A DNA stretch of 64,000 nt from Eledone cirrhosa. Its lineage: Eukaryota. The DNA lies in the NCBI GenBank assembly GCA_964016885.1, contig OZ024743.1, positions 326,430,001 through 326,494,000 on the forward strand. The letters are read 5' to 3'. Below, in pieces: positions 1 through 16,563 of this stretch (position 1 is the first letter of the stretch; the number at the start of each line of letters is the position of its first letter). The notes beneath the pieces were generated by a model that saw only the letters and a list, made by a program, of their open reading frames with translations, was not told the DNA's origin and ran no database searches. A program made the translations under genes and the position numbers.

Positions 1-1
1 A

Positions 2-297
2 TATTGCAATAGCCTGGGGTTCAAGGGCCCTCAACTCTTCAACAAACTGCCGAGGGAGCTGAGAGATCTGCATGGTGTAGACGTGGATGTTTTCAAGAAA
101 CATCTCGAGACCTTGCTATCCAGGATCCCGGATGAGCCCACAGCAAGGCACGATGGAAACCTAAGGGCAACAGCAACGAACTCCCTCTTGCACCAGTGGC
201 CAACCAATACAGGCTGGAGATGAAATGTGTAGCAGCAAGAGCGGTGCCCCAGCATGGCCTCAGCCGGATGGCTGGAACAGGTAAAAGAGAAAAAGAG
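2..297 (+). mobile_element. 3' end of a CR1/L2-group LINE (ORF2 C-terminus, stop at 221-223, short 3' UTR, then (TA)n)
   Basis: Frame 2 reads [46 protein letters not shown], which fits the LFNxLP...FKxxLDxxL..IPDEP C-terminal pattern of these LINEs. Confidence 0.75.
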
Positions 298-313
298 TAT
301 ATATATATATATG

Positions 314-389
<76 letters not shown>

Positions 390-459
390 CATAATTGCAA
401 ACGAATCGAATATTCTTGTTAATATTCGAAAAACTCAGATTACATTTATAAATAAATAA

Positions 460-3364
<2,905 letters not shown>

Positions 3365-3428
3365 TATATATAAACTCAGATTACATTTATAAATATATAT
3401 ATATATATATATAAATGTAATCTGAGTT

Positions 3429-3517
<89 letters not shown>

Positions 3518-4382
3518 GGCATGCTTGTTTTCACACATTTTCTGACTACCAAATTTCTTCTAAATGGTCAAGAAGTTTACTTCACAAACAATCCGCCCGG
3601 TTCGATCTCATTGCGTGACATCTCGGACAAGTATCATTTACCATAGCCTCGGGTCGACCAATACTGTATCTACTATCACTATGTTATCCTTTATAAAACG
3701 ATATATTTGAATGAGATCTTAGGAAGAACAAACAAGAACAGGGATTACTGTAGGATTAATGAAACTTGTAACAGTAGCAGAGGTGAAGTCGTCTTTCTGA
3801 AATTGAATCTGAAAAAAAAAATGCTTACAAACTTATACAAGATTCAGACCGTAGGGTAGGAAACAAGAGACAGACTTGTTGAAACATTGAACAACAACAT
3901 CACAAATAAATACATGAAACTAATGTTTTAAATACTTCATTGCATTGTTGAGATATTCGTGAAGACAATTTGTTTTCTACGTAGAAATCCCAGAGGTATT
4001 CACCAACGACACACAGTTTAGTCGTATTGCTGTTAACTCGTATTGCTGTTAACTCCGCCATTCACCATTAAGCCCCCATAACTAAAAACACTGAAGAGCA
4101 CCTCATTTATGAATTTTTGATGTGACCATTCCCGTTGGCACTTGCTAGGAGATGAATTATCCGTGCAACCAATCAAGCTAATCAAACAAGGTTTCAATCT
4201 CAAGTAACCAATTATCTGTAATTTCTATTTAAATAACACCATTTCGTCAATGTCAAAAGATTTCACACCTTCCGTCTTTTTCACTTGGGAATCGAAATGA
4301 TTTTGTTTCTTGAGCTCTAAGCAATTTTTCTGTTGATCACTATATTTTTCTCCCTTCCCTTTCTTTTATATATATATATATA

Positions 4383-4471
<89 letters not shown>

Positions 4472-4498
4472 GCATATATATATATATATATATACATG

Positions 4499-4549
<51 letters not shown>

Positions 4550-4731
4550 ATATGTATGTAGGAGGTGAGTTTTATTGTAGCACAATAAAGCAATGCAAAT
4601 ATCGGATAAGTAGCACTCCACAGTTTATAGGACTGGAGTATAAATAATATAAGATCAAAATATGGTTAAAATGTTGATTTAACACTTCACTGTTCGCAAG
4701 TGTTTTTTAAGCTTCATATCATGTCTCCCTA

Positions 4732-4798
4732 TTTTATCTGATGAGAACGCAAATATCATCCCATGATGATATTTGTTTTTGAAATGCGCATAATAAAA
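4732..4798 (+). ncRNA. Minimal type I hammerhead ribozyme
   Basis: TTTTAT-CTGATGA-gaacgCAAATATCATC ccat GATGATATTTGttttt-GAAA-TGCGCA-TA-ATAAAA; bracketed by an inverted repeat at 4644-4671/4811-4838. Confidence 0.85.
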
Positions 4799-4997
4799 AA
4801 CATGGAACTCTTTTAACCATCTTTTGATCTTATATTATATATATATATGTATATACATGTATATATATATTTAAATCTAGACATTCATCTGTAATTCTAT
4901 CAACGTGGTCATTTATTTAGCTATGTTTTACCCAAAACACACGCAACTACATATGCATACACACAAATATTATATGTAAAATGATGATGATGATATA

Positions 4998-5032
<35 letters not shown>

Positions 5033-5054
5033 TTATAAAACTGTCTATATATTG

Positions 5055-5120
5055 TATTTTGTCTGAAGAGAGCATACCATATTTTTAATATGATATCCCT
5101 GAAATATATATAATGAAATA
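5055..5120 (+). ncRNA. Degenerate minimal type I hammerhead ribozyme
   Basis: TATTTTGT-CTGAAGA-(CATATT ttt AATATG stem)-GAAA-TATATA-TA-ATGAAATA; stem I closes with wobble pairs. Confidence 0.7.
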
Positions 5121-5246
5121 AATATGGTTTTATAAATGTAATTTCCATTTGTTTAATATCGTAAAATACTCCAAAATCCGTTGAGTGCTTTTATATCAGT
5201 TATAAAATATTTACTCGTTGTAACCCAACATTTTAAATAAAACTTT

Positions 5247-5363
<117 letters not shown>

Positions 5364-5741
5364 CGTAAAAGAATGACTTCACTTGTAGATCTAAACAATT
5401 TAATTTAATTTTATATTATGATTTTACAATTTGGTTTTGTAGATCTATTTATTTATATTTATTTATATATATTAATATACACACATATATATGTGTGTGT
5501 GAATATATCTATATCTATATCTATATGTGTCTGTGTGTGCGCGCGCGTGTATGTGTGAATGTATCTGAAACCAGTAAAAAATATTATTAATAGAACGATG
5601 TGTTATGTTATTCATCAAGTCGGTAGTTTTTGTTACTACTCGCTGAAATCCGCCAACTTCATTGATGGCGCTGTTGAATTATAGATGCATGTGTTAGTGG
5701 TTTCCATTATTACCTATTGATGCATTTGTGCTCAAATGGTG

Positions 5742-5802
<61 letters not shown>

Positions 5803-6013
5803 CACACACATTATTCTGTTGAATTATAGATGAACCTACAGCACTTTCTAATGACTAGGATGGGTCGATAAGCCACTCAAGATTATGACATTTATACAGC
5901 CAAGTATTTTCCTCACTGTCTTCATTATTGATGTTATTGTTCTCGCGCTTATTGCCCTGCTGAGTATTGTTGTTGTTGTTTTTCATTATCTTTTATATAC
6001 ACCCTTTATATAA

Positions 6014-6170
6014 GCGGCGAATTGGCAGTGTCGTTAGAACGTCACATAGATTGCTTTGAAGAATTCATTTCCGCTCTCTGCACTCTGAGTTCAAATTCCG
6101 CCGAGGTCAACTTTGCCTTTCATCCATTCTTGGTCGATAAAATAAGTACCAGTCATGTACTGGGGTACTC
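6014..6170 (+). mobile_element. tRNA-derived SINE, family A
   Basis: Box-B-like GAGTTCAAATTCC followed by gccgaggtcaactttgcctttcatcc...gtcgataaaataagtaccagt, shared with many copies in the window. Confidence 0.8.
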
Positions 6171-6571
6171 TATATCTCTTTCTCGCTTCCTTTCTCTCAC
6201 TCTCTTTATCCTTCTCTGGAAGAAATCTACTGTATTCAGGCCTGAAAAGGAGATTGGCTCCGCCAGGTTTAAAAAATGTCCTATAAACGCCATATATCAA
6301 TATGTCGCCCCTACGGCTTCCGCGGGAGTTACGGGTTCATTACCATACCATATACACCCTTTAGATATATGGCCGCAACATGGCCGAATGTTTAAGAAGT
6401 TCACTTCACAATCATTATGTTCCGGGTTCGATCCTATTATATGGTATCTTGAGCAAACCTCATTTAACGTAGTCTTCTGAGGGAAACGGTACATAAATAT
6501 GTGGAAGTCATTCAGACTTTATTTCACTAAACTTTGCTTCACTAAACTTCTCATTATTATGCTGATGTTTA

Positions 6572-6780
6572 AGGGTGGTGGATTGTCTGAATCGGTAGAC
6601 CGTCGGATACGATGCTTTGAAGCAAAGAGTTACGGCCCCTTACTTTCTGAGTTCAAATCCTGCCTTTCATCTTTATGGGGTCGATAAAGTAAAGCACCAG
6701 TAATGCACTGGGGTCAATTTAATAGACTTTTCCCTCCCACCAAAAATTGCTGGCCTTGTGCCTAAAGTAGAAATAATTAT
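6572..6780 (+). mobile_element. tRNA-derived SINE, family A
   Basis: gagttcaaatcc...gcctttcatc...ggggtcgataaa...ttgctggccttgtgcc. Confidence 0.8.
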
Positions 6781-7117
6781 TATGCTGATGTTTGGAATAT
6801 GAATTAACTTGGCATTCTTGCATAAAATTATAATGGGAGGTTTTTAGAAATATAAACATTTTAACCCTTTTCTTTATTAGATAAGTGAGAATTGTGGAAG
6901 CCCAATGAACTAGCCTGTCACATACTGTGCCCCGTTGAGAATTACGTTAAAGGTATACGGGTATGTGGGATGTTCAGCCACTTACACGTTAATTTTATGA
7001 ACAGACTGTTCCGTTGACCGGATTGCTGTAACAACCATCGTCAAAACCGACGGAGGTTGATTCCACTTCCCATTAGCAGTTTTTTTTTTTTTTTCTTGTT
7101 ATTTATTTGTCTATTTA

Positions 7118-7330
7118 GGGTGATGATTAGCAGTATCGGTAGAGCGTCGGACACCCTGCTTCCAATTACGGTCCTTTACATTCTGAGTTCAAATCCCGCT
7201 GAAGTTAGCTTTGTCTTTCATCCTTACGGAGTCGATAAAATAAAGTACCAGTCACGCACTGGGGTTAATTTAATCGACTTTCCCCTCCCCCAAAATTATT
7301 GGTATTGTGCCTAAATCAGAAACCGTTATT
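7118..7330 (+). mobile_element. tRNA-derived SINE, family A
   Basis: Same core and tail as the other family A copies. Confidence 0.8.
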
Positions 7331-7699
7331 TATTTGTCTATTTGTTGCTATTATTGTTGCTTTTGTGGAGGTTGTTTTTACTAATATTCATTTTTAACAT
7401 TTTGGAAGAATGCTATGGTCTATCAAATTAACACTACTTGACTGGCAGAATACTTTATAGAAAAGCAAAAATGACCTCAGCGGGATTTCACCTCTGAAAT
7501 GTAAACGTTAATTTTGTTTTATATTTTTGTAAGAAAGAGTAATTCTTTCATTTCACATAATTAGACATACAAATAAACAGAACGTATATTTTTAATCAGA
7601 GTGAAAAGGAGATAAAACATGTACATATAATCACATGCCAGAAGTGATGCTGGATTTTTCCATCTAATCATTTTTTAGATAATCCAACGCAGTTCTAAG

Positions 7700-7862
7700 G
7701 GAGATTCAGCGTGACGCAGTGTGTGACAAGGCTGGCCCTTCAAATTACTACCTGAGTAGACTAGAGCAACGTGAAATGTGTGACTTGCTCGAAGATACAA
7801 CGCTCCACCGGCAATCGACATTATGATTGAGAGCCGAACACCCTAACTACTAAGCCACGCAA
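7700..7862 (-). mobile_element. tRNA-derived SINE, family B
   Basis: Minus strand gcgtggcttagtagttagggtgttcgg head; similar to 21895-22022 and 39650-39905. Confidence 0.65.
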
Positions 7863-8020
7863 CTTACCCAGAAAATAAAAGATCAAGGTAATGCTACGTA
7901 ATGGGGGGGGGGGCGTATTCCAGATCAAAATCGCTTCTCTTAAGCTGTTTATTTTCTATGTACGTGAAATAATTCATATAATCTCAAACTGTATTAATTC
8001 ATTAAAGAGAAAATACATTT

Positions 8021-8201
8021 AATTGTTTCTACTTCAGGCACAAGGCCAGCAATTACCCAGTACATTACTGGTACTTTATTTTATCGACCCCGTAAGGATG
8101 AGAGGCAAAGTTAACCTCGGCGGGATTTGAACTCAGACTGTAAAGGGGCATAACTATGCTAGAAAGCATGGCGTCCAACCCTCTACCGATACTGCAATTC
8201 A
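8021..8201 (-). mobile_element. tRNA-derived SINE, family A, with target-site duplication
   Basis: Family core; direct repeat aagagaaaatacatttaat on both sides (about 8005 and 8203). Confidence 0.85.
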
Positions 8202-8480
8202 CAAGAGAAAATACATTTAATGAATAGTAAAATACATTTATAAATATATGAAATTCATTTGTTGAACAAAAGTATAAAATGATGAAAGTATTTAAACTAT
8301 ATAAAACTTATACAAAGACAATTATATTCATGTACATTCCTACTTCAAAATACATCAATAAAATACTTATATTACTTATTGACTGGGTAGATCCTTCACT
8401 ATGTATATATAAAGCAGAGAGTCAGACATCCAGTATTCTGCTGAATAATGGTCCTACTAGTTTAAAACTGGTATAATCCT

Positions 8481-8518
<38 letters not shown>

Positions 8519-8849
8519 TACATATACACATATCTTTCTTTTTTTCTCTCCCTCTCTCATGGGAAATAAGTGACGTCTGTGGGTCCTAAATTCTCGTCCG
8601 ACCATTACTCGGAAGCTGGTTACTGAGCTGCAGCTCATCTGCCTTCATCACAAGAATGAAGCCGTTAGTCACGTGAAAAGTTGTCAACAAGCTAATTAAG
8701 GAATCCCATCTACTTCGGGTTTGAAATTAGAGTAATCCTTCTCTTAGACCAGAGGTTGGCAAAGTGAGCGCTACTGCCCTCGGGAGCGGTTGGGCTTAAG
8801 GGGAGGTGGGGGACGCTATGAATTTATTATTTATAATATTATTATAATA

Positions 8850-9504
8850 CTAGCAGAAAAACCACCCTTTGGGTGGTTTTCTGCTAGCTCGTGTAGTGTG
8901 TATATTGATATTATACGCAAGTATATATGCATGTAGATATGATACATCAAATAAAACCGTAATTGACAATATACACAGAAATTGAACGAAGACTGTGTTA
9001 CACTCTCTTCTGTAATCAGTAACGTAGTCCATGATACATTAAAAAAAGACGATATTTTATATCTGCTAGCATGTGTAGTGTGTATGTTGATATTATACGT
9101 AAGTATATATGCATGTAGATACGATCAAATAAAATCGTAATTGACAATATACACAGAAATTGAACGAAGACTGCGTTACACTGTCTTATGTAATCAGTAA
9201 CGTAATCCATGATACATTAAAAAAAGACGATATTATATATAAACTGCATTAGGAGAAAATTAGTGACAGAAATATATGAATATTTATTTAAACGATCGCT
9301 AACCGGAAGTGTTGACATTTGAAAATTTTAAAGAAGTGAATCTTTAAATAAGTAATAAAATATATTTAATGAACGGCCACGAAATTTAGTAGATAAATTA
9401 TGTAATATTCATTCATTATTTATTCAAAGTAATCCAAATTCTAATGGGGTAGCAAATTATAAACCGTACGCAATCTCGCGCTTCTTACTTTATTATAGTT
9501 TAGA
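8850..9504 (-). mobile_element. Non-autonomous Helitron-like element with an internal tandem duplication of about 180 bp
   Basis: Minus strand starts TCTAAACTATAATAAA and ends in a hairpin plus CTAG; units 8880-9061 and 9062-9240 are near identical. Confidence 0.6.
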
Positions 9505-9520
9505 TTGTATATATTTGATA

Positions 9521-9706
9521 TAATTGTTTCTACTTTTGGCACAAGGCCAGCAATTATCCCAGTGTATTACTGGTACTTTATTTTATCGACCCCGTAAGGA
9601 TGAAAGGCAAAGTTAACCTTGGCGGGATTTGAACTCAATCTGTAAAGGGACGTAACTGTGCTGCAAAGCATGGCGTCCGACCCTCTACCGATACTGCCAA
9701 TCCACC
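9521..9706 (-). mobile_element. tRNA-derived SINE, family A
   Basis: Near-identical to 8021-8201 and 51935-52125. Confidence 0.85.
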
Positions 9707-10614
9707 TGATATAATAGTATATTAAATATCAAATAACACATATTATATAAAAATATAGTAAAATAAAAAAATATATAATATCCTAAACAGACTTCTAACC
9801 AAGGCTAACGAGCTCCGTTTACCTGTATTTTTTTTATACAGCCGAAAATAACTTTTACTCAGTTAAGATTAGAACCGTAATGAGAAAAAAGAGATTAGAG
9901 TTAAATCAAAATTAATCTTTAACGAAACATAGGGCTGAAAAAAAATTAACGAAAAATTATATTTAGATATGCTGTGGTGAGCGAATCAGATCTTTTGGTT
10001 GCTGTGTTGATAACTACAGACAGACACGTGGAATAGATTAGAGTTCTTAATCAAATTCTATATAAAGTAGAGCCGCGCTGTACTGTCGTAAACAGACGAT
10101 TGCCAACGAAAACACGACCACAACAACATTACTAAACGGACTACCGTCCGTTTAGGATTTGCTTTTTTATTATTATTATTTTTAGCGGCCAACACATCAC
10201 TTAAAATTCAGCTTATAATACAATTGCAATTTTGAAATAATTCATCTCTTTTGTTAGTTCAACTGATACCAATCAAGAATATAGACTATTTATAAAATAA
10301 AACGTTATACGAGTATGAATCAATGTAAGTAATTGGTCAATATATTACAAAACGGTCAATATATTACAAAACGGTCAATATATTACAAAACAGTACATTA
10401 CAAAATGTAATTTTAGATTAACAGCGCCGAAATATAAATATTCCTGTATATCGCCTCCGTTATTTTAATCTTTAATGTTATCTTCCAGTAAACTATGACA
10501 AATGCAATTGTCACCGAAAGATGTTAGGCTGTATATAGATTGCATAGATAATGTGTATTGCGTGCAACGAGGTTCTCTCTCTCATTTTCAATCCCCCCTC
10601 TCATCCCCCCTCTG

Positions 10615-10661
<47 letters not shown>

Positions 10662-10720
10662 CACACACATATATATATATATGACCTAGTACTTACTCCC
10701 AACCCCAGCGATATACATAA

Positions 10721-10790
<70 letters not shown>

Positions 10791-10867
10791 AGTCGTGTGT
10801 GTATGTATTTGCATGAATACACACACACACACACACACACACTCACACACACACACTCACACACACT

Positions 10868-10920
<53 letters not shown>

Positions 10921-11036
10921 CACACAGCGGTCCACCAGATTATGCTTGAGCTGCATTGCAATTTATTGCTTGTCGCCATGGTTCTTCTACTGAATTTTAC
11001 GACGGTACACAATGGATAAGACGACAGGTCTCTTGT

Positions 11037-11068
<32 letters not shown>

Positions 11069-11286
11069 ATTTTGTTATGTTTTTTAAGATAGGGGCAACA
11101 TTCTTCACTTTTTCGTTTTACTCTTTTTCTTGTGGATAATTCTTGTTTATTGAATATAAATAATCTTTTATGGTTTTTGTGTATTTATATAATTTTTCAT
11201 GCGTACATGCAAATATACAAATTTGTATCCATGACATGAGTTATCTTTCACTATTTCTTTTGCTTTTTCTTGTCTCCTCCTCACCC

Positions 11287-11325
<39 letters not shown>

Positions 11326-11859
11326 GAGTAATTGCTGGCCTTGTGCCAAAAGTAAAAACAATTATATTATGATATATTACATTATGATAATGTCTACACT
11401 TTCCTTACAATTGGAATAATAAGTTGAATAGTGATCTTACTAGAAATATAACTAGTTAGTAATATTTCATCCATATGTATATATTAGAAGCTATTGCTGT
11501 GAAAAGAAAAAGTTGTGAAATACTCCTCACACAGAAAAACACAAAGGATTATTCTGACACATATCCGACATTAATGTGGCCTTAACAATAAAATACCACC
11601 ATTTCTATCATTTCGTTATTCAGAAGGTGCACTATAAGGCGGAGTAGTTGCAATTCTTCGGTCACCGATGATGCAGCCCTCTATATTGAAGTACTGTTTG
11701 TTGCCTGAAACATGAGACCTTTACCTTGCCATATCGGTGTATGCCTTGCTCCTCTGGAGAGCATCTTTAAGTAGAAAAAGGAAAAGGCAGAAACGCTAGT
11801 CATAATTGATAGCAAATCGACAGCCATCATGTATGTATGATACACATATACATATATAC

Positions 11860-12190
11860 ACAACAAAAATCAAACTCGCATCTCATAACAACAATACGGC
11901 ACAATTATTTCACCTCAATTGGCCCTGCTCTCTTTAACATTACACCAAAACACATTTTAAAGGAAACAGACACCATCAAGTTCAAGAAGTCTTTGGATAA
12001 ATCCTTCAAGAAATCTGGATAAACCTCCTACACCCGGATATGTCGCCGTAAACAATAACTTTCTACTTGAGTGAGCCATGGTGTCCAAATCTTGATTTGA
12101 AAGACTTCTCCAAGTGGTGCTATTAAGCTGGACATGGCCTGGGCCAATACTGGCCGAAACCTATCATAGTTATCAAAGTTATCAAAGTAC
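11860..12190 (+). mobile_element. Degenerate 3' fragment of a CR1/L2-group LINE
   Basis: IRHNYFTSIGPALFNITPK...FKKSLDK / DKPPTPGYVAVNNN, same pattern as the fragment at 2-223. Confidence 0.65.
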
Positions 12191-12293
12191 TCAATATAAG
12201 AAGTAGTGTTTATATTTTGAGGATGTAACTTCACAAGTAACGAATACGTGCCTTACGTTTGTGATCTTCGACAAACGCATACACACGCGTGCG

Positions 12294-12295
<2 letters not shown>

Positions 12296-12324
<29 letters not shown>

Positions 12325-12412
12325 TGTATGTATGTATGTATGTATGTATGTATGTATGTATGTATGTATGTATGTGTGTATGTATATGTGTGTGTATGTG
12401 TGTATGTATGTG

Positions 12413-12444
<32 letters not shown>

Positions 12445-12474
12445 TGTATGTATGTATGTATGTATGTATGTATG
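12296..12474. repeat. (TATG)n microsatellite at the 3' end of the RLE element
   Basis: Direct reading. Confidence 0.95.
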
Positions 12475-15400
12475 TTCTTCTGCTTTTATAATTTCACAAA
12501 GTTTTACCAATAGAGAGAGAGTCGGTTTCTAACATAGTTACAAGACTCCCTCATTGGAATTTACACATCAACTAGGTAGATATGTATGTATGCATGCATG
12601 TGTAGATATGGATATTATTGTATGTGTGGATGTGTATGTTTTGAGTTGTATGTGTGCATGTGTATATGCTTTGTATCTGTACAAGTGTATATTCAGTTAT
12701 TAGATGCAGAATTATTTGAATGTTTTACATATTTTTACTGTTCCATTAATGGATTGTACTTGTAATTTCCTAACTAGTTGTGTTCTTTCTGTTCCTGTGA
12801 AGCCTAGCTTCTCAAGATTTGTATTGAGGCAGTTACTAACATACCCCAGTACCCCAATAACCACAAGCATAAATCTGAAGGTGTAATCAGGGTGGAGTAT
12901 CTGCAGATTTCTCATCAGTTCTGCATAAATATTCTCCTTTTCACTAATCTTTGATTTAATTTTGGCATCTGCTGGGCAGCTAATTTCCACTACTGTGCAT
13001 GCTTTCTTCTCCCTGTCCCATATCATAATATCTGGTCTGTTATGCCTGCATTTTATTGGGGTTTTTACTGGAACATTCCACCAGTACTCTTTCATATTAT
13101 GTACATGTTTTCCACATTGCTGTAGCTTTTAATGTGTTTATTATCGTGTTTTGGCCACTACATCATGCCTCATAGGTAGATAGTACCGCGATGACATCTT
13201 TGGACAGCTGCTGATGACATGGGTGATATCCTCGATGTTAGTTCTGCAGAGTCTGCACTTGTTATCACATCTAGGTGTTTTGCCTGCATCCCTATCTCTT
13301 TTGTGAATCAGGTATTTCGTGTCTTGGATTGCAAAAGCGTATTCTTCAAAGTGGGAGCCAATATAACGGTTGTTGGTCCAAGATAGACTACTTTCCTTAT
13401 CTATATTATTCTGGAGCTTCCTGGCAACATATCCATGTATGATTTTTTGCTGATAAGCATGCAGTTTTTCATCCATGGATTCACTGCGATACTGCTGAGC
13501 GACATCCCTGGGTGTGAGTTTTTGATTATCACACAGGGAATATCTCTCAAGGAGTTCCTTCCCAACTCTCATGATCTTATCTGTTTCATGCAGACAGACT
13601 TGCTCAAGAAACGGGCTCCTACGCTTCGAGGTTCGTAGATGTTGTCGGAGAGATATGATGCGACATTCAAATGTTGTCTGGACTGATGTTAGGCCTCTGC
13701 CTCCCTGCTTACGTTTCAAGTAAAGGCAGTATATGTCACTGTTGATGTGGAAGTTTCCGGTGTTGTTTAGTATTTTTCGAGTTCCAACATCAACTGCTCG
13801 GATTTCGTCTATCGTCCAATTGAGTATTCCAAACGTTGGTGTTAGGACAGGCACAGCAAACACATTGTGAGCCACTGTTTTGTTTTGTACAGAGAGTTCC
13901 GATGACCAGATCTTTCTTAATCGGGTGTAGTATTCCCTGGTTACGCGTTCTTTATTACAGATACCATTATAGGATATGTTCTCATCTATCCCCAGGTATC
14001 TGTAGCAGTCCTCATCAGATATCGGTGAAACAGTTAGGCCATTGATGACAATGTTGCTAGATTGGGTTGTTGTTTTTCCCCGCTTTACAGTCATGTATGA
14101 CCATTTATCTTGACCAAACTCCATTCCTATATCCTTTGAGAATGTTGTAACCAGGTCAAGATTTTTCTTCATCCCATCCATGTTCTTGGCATAGAGTTTC
14201 AGATCGTCCACAAAGAAATTATGAGTTAGGTTCGTATTTCTGTCCTTCTGTGAACCAATGATATATCCCTCACATTTCTTGAGCAGAAAGGACAAGGGGT
14301 TTAATGACAAGATGAATAATATCGCAGAGAGACTGTCTCCTTGAAATATACCCCTGCAATATTTTATTTTCCCAGTGAAAATAGGGTCCTCCTTCTCTGT
14401 CTTTAACCTTAGGATAGTAGCCCAAGAAGAAGACAGCCTCTCTATGGTTCTGACAATAATATCTCGGACTTTAGCAAGTTGGGGGGCCTCTATCATCCAA
14501 GAGTGGGGAACAAAATCGAAAGCTTTCCTGTAGTCCAGCCAGACTGTAGCCATATTCCTCCTAAGTTGTCGCACCTCCGACATCGCAGTTTTGTTGATTA
14601 GGAGTTGTTCAGCACATCCCCAAACCCTTTTCTTTCCAGCTGCTTGTTCATCTGTGATGATGTTATTATTTTCACAGTGATCTTGGAGGAATAGGTTCAG
14701 GCAGGCTGTGTACATCTTATACATCAGGTTCTGGCATGCAATGGGTCGGTAGTTTTTTGCCAAGTGGGTGTCTTTGTTCTTGGGGACCAGTAATGTTTGT
14801 GCTAATGTCAACCATTCTGGTATAAGTGTATCTCCCTTAAGAACTTGTTGGTAGAAGTCAGTAAGATACCTCCGATAGAATATCAGTGTTTTTTGTACCA
14901 GTAGCCGACAATCATGTCTCTTCCTGGTGTTTTCTTATCTTGGAGTTTTCCTATCACAGTCTAAAGGGTACCCTCACTTATTTCGTATGTTTTTGTTGTA
15001 GTGTAGGAGCAATAGTTCTTTCGGATTTCTCTTAGCCACACTGCATCTTATTTGAAATTCTTCTTTTCACCCCATATTTTGCTCCAAAAGGAATCTATGT
15101 CTTTCTGGGATGGGGCCTCAGTGACACGTATTATTTTGTTCTTCATATCTCTATAGACTGATGTTTAGTTTCGTCTGAATCTTTTTTATTAAGCACTTTT
15201 CTCTCATCTACCTTCTTCAGGTATCGGCGTTTTTCGCTAACAGCTCTCAATTCTTGTTTGAGGGTGATCAGCTTATATTGGAGAGTTCGGGTTCTACTTT
15301 TACCAAACATCGTCTCTATTTTATTTTTCCCTCTTTGTTGGTGAGGAGTGAGGTTTTTTTGTGTTTGTTTGCATGTAAGGAGCATTGTCACATATCCTAT

Positions 15401-16523
15401 GGTTTTTCGTAGGTCAGCAATCTTTTTTTCTATTTTATGATGGTATTTTTGGTGGTGTTCTGTTCTTGTTAATATCTCTGCTATCACCAAGATAATGCTT
15501 AACTGTCGTTGCTAATGCATATAAACAGGCGTTGATTTGCCAAAATGTTGGGGTTTTTATCCATCGTAAATATTCATCCCCTATTTCGTCAATAACACGT
15601 ACTATTTCATTATTTGGTGTTTTTTTTTATTAAACATTGTCGTTTTAACACTTTCAGCAAGAGAGATATTTATACATGAATTAATTTCTCTCTGGAAGAT
15701 TTCGTTGAGGGAAATTTTCAATTGTTTATTATTTTTGATTATTATCATTATCGATAGTATTTTCCACAACAGTCGAGGTAGACTCGGATGGTACACGTGG
15801 TGTCAAATTTCTTCGATTATTATTATTTCTTAGATTATTATTATTACCGATAGTGTTTTCCCCAGCATTCGAGGTAGACTTAGATGGTACATGTGGTGTC
15901 AAATTTCTTACAGGCATAGTTGTTTCAAGGCGCTGTTCGACCTGGCTGCTAGGAAGTCTAGTAGCATGGCGACTTGTAGCACGTGTTGTTGATTCCATGT
16001 TTGTTGTGGGGGACTTACAATTAATAATATTTATCTTTTACGTTCAACAAACGTCGCTTGTTGGCGTAATTGTTTCGCTGTGAAGTGATTTAGCTCTGGG
16101 TGTATTTCGTCCCAGTGTAGCTTCATTCTATTCATATAGCCAATGGAGGGATTGTTTTTTGCCATTTTATAACAATTAAATAAATCATTATTAAGTTCGC
16201 AACTCCAAGAGAAATGCGATTTATAATTTCGGTCTCTTCTGTAGCTACAACTGAATAAAGTTTGTTTACCTTTCTTGTTGGTTGTCTTCGGTACTTCCTT
16301 AATTTTGTTGTTGATGTTGTGTTCAGTCCTTGTAAAATGAAATATGTATTTAGTCGGATATCTCTACGAATTCGAATAAAAGGTGTCTTCAGAAGATATA
16401 GTGAGTAGAATAACCAGTTATTCAACATGACTGTAGTTGTGGCATTACTGTCGGAGATAGTATTCATCTTAAATTTAATAAATAGTCCCCCACGCCAAAA
16501 TATGCGACTGATCGCGTTGATCG
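12475..16523 (-). mobile_element. R4/Dong-group non-LTR retrotransposon (RT, CCHC, restriction-like endonuclease), frameshifted, between (CATA)n arrays
   Basis: [69 protein letters not shown] in ORFs 13141-14811 and 12712-13095. Confidence 0.92.
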
Positions 16524-16563
16524 TATGTATGTATGTATTTATGTATGTATGTATGTATGTATG

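Noticed and set aside
3720-3820. Minus-strand splice acceptor (t)n-cag followed by a short frame
   Set aside because: No recognisable protein and no partner exon seen
11660-11720. Hammerhead-like ggtca-CCGATGA...GAAA-CATG-agacc
   Set aside because: Lacks the UH cleavage dinucleotide; counted only as decayed
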